Assembly (NCBI GenBank): GCA_051313645.2
Contig: JBNRSN020000001.1
Span: 428,048,001 to 428,112,000 of the forward strand
Source: Centroscyllium fabricii
Taxonomy: Eukaryota
Length of the DNA stretch: 64,000 nucleotides
Reading direction: 5' to 3'
The notes under the pieces are model-generated. The model saw nothing but the letters and a program-made list of their open reading frames with translations, made no database searches and was not told the DNA's origin. Position 1 is the first letter of the stretch. Each line of letters begins with the position of its first letter. The translations under genes were made by a program, and so were the position numbers. Below are positions 62,978 to 64,000 of this stretch, in pieces.

Positions 62978-63639
62978 GAGGGTTATGTTGATAGAGTTAG
63001 ATGAGGAAAGACTGGAGGAGGCTCGAGTGTAGCATTAATGCCGGCATGGACTGGTTAGGCCGAATGTCCTGTTTCTGTACCGTATATCCTATGTAATCCT
63101 ATGTAATTAATAGTGCATTTATATTGTGGAGCTGCATCTGCTCCAGATTCCCAAAACAGCAAAAGCTGCCATGTTTTATTAGTGGAGTGGGTTATCCAGC
63201 ATCCAATACCTGAAACCAGCATAGAAACACTTCCTGACATTGTATAAGTATTGCTTTTCGGGAACACCCTGCAAACCACTGCCCTGAAATTTCTGCTAGT
63301 CTGCTATGCCGGTGGAGCCAGAGACCATGTCCCAAATTCTGGGGATGGGGTCATTTCCATCACCGGGGCAGGGAAATCATGCCTGCAAGGGCGCTTCAGT
63401 GGCTTCCTCCCAATCCATCTGCCAGAAGGAGAGTAATGAATTGGGGAGGGCGGGTGCATGATCTGTCTATGGCTCCCCCCACTGGAATTTAAAGGGCCAG
63501 TGCAAATGGGGATGAAACCTGGTGTAAATACCCCAAAATCCTGGCCGTCTCCAGGTGGAAATCTTTCTTTCTGCTCTCTCTGAACCCAGCTCCTACGCTG
63601 GCACCTGGGCTCCAGCGGCAGCAGCGTCACCTCGTTAAC

Positions 63640-63940
63640 ACAGTCTCAGAATAAGGGGTCGGACATTTAGGATTGACATGAGGAGAAATTTCTTCATTCA
63701 GAGGGTGGTGAATCTTTGGAATTCTCTACGCCAGAGGGCTGTGGAGGCTCAGTTGCTGAGTATATTCAAGACAGAGATCGATAGATTTTGGATATTAAGG
63801 GAATCTAGCAATATGGGGATGGTGCAGGAAAGTGGAGTTGATTTACAAGATCAGCCATGATCTTATTGAATGCCGGAGCAGGCTCAAGGGGCCAAATGGC
63901 CTACTCCTCTTATTTTTTATGTTCTTATATTCTTATGTTA
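63640..63940 (+). mobile_element. CR1 3' fragment
   Basis: RRNFFIQRVVNLWNSL; TTCTTATG tail. Confidence 0.85.
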
Positions 63941-64000
63941 ACATTGCTGGTTTGTCAACAACAACTGTTGGCAGCAAACCTACAACATAAATGCAGTATT

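Larger units (their letters stand above)
56821..63105 (+). mobile_element. CR1 (RT to 3' UTR) split by the RTE derivative, Gypsy D and solo LTR E
   Basis: NYRPVSLTSVVGR, KFADD region 58235, RNFFTQRVVRMWNSLP; resumes at 62682 and 62978. Confidence 0.85.

Overview
Eukaryotic, almost entirely transposon-derived DNA, most likely from a cartilaginous fish (HE1-type V-SINEs with CR1-derived tails, abundant CR1 LINEs). It holds nested CR1 LINEs, tRNA-derived SINEs, PIF/Harbinger-like MITEs and Myb remnants, a bipartite RTE derivative, two CsRN1-clade Gypsy elements with a tRNA-Trp PBS, and five members of a second Gypsy lineage (A 1-2044 minus, B 16266-19970, C 26508-31257, D 58957-62681, solo LTR E 62740-62977). 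That second lineage is the most unusual system here. (1) It has no tRNA PBS. In four diverged copies the 13-15 nt after the 5' LTR are the exact, co-varying reverse complement of the copy's own LTR poly(A)-signal block, suggesting Tf1-like self-priming. (2) All three copies with RT in the window have YLDN instead of YxDD. (3) A hairpin covers the PPT. (4) YY1-motif arrays lie in the Gag-protease linker. (5) Three insertions fall within about 60 bp of the same CR1 3' end. Separately, two diverged CR1s end ORF1 with an in-phase T_TTA_AAC slippery heptamer whose -1 frame runs into ORF2. No host gene could be named; two weak minus-strand exon candidates are noted. All coordinates were counted by eye and fragment boundaries are approximate.
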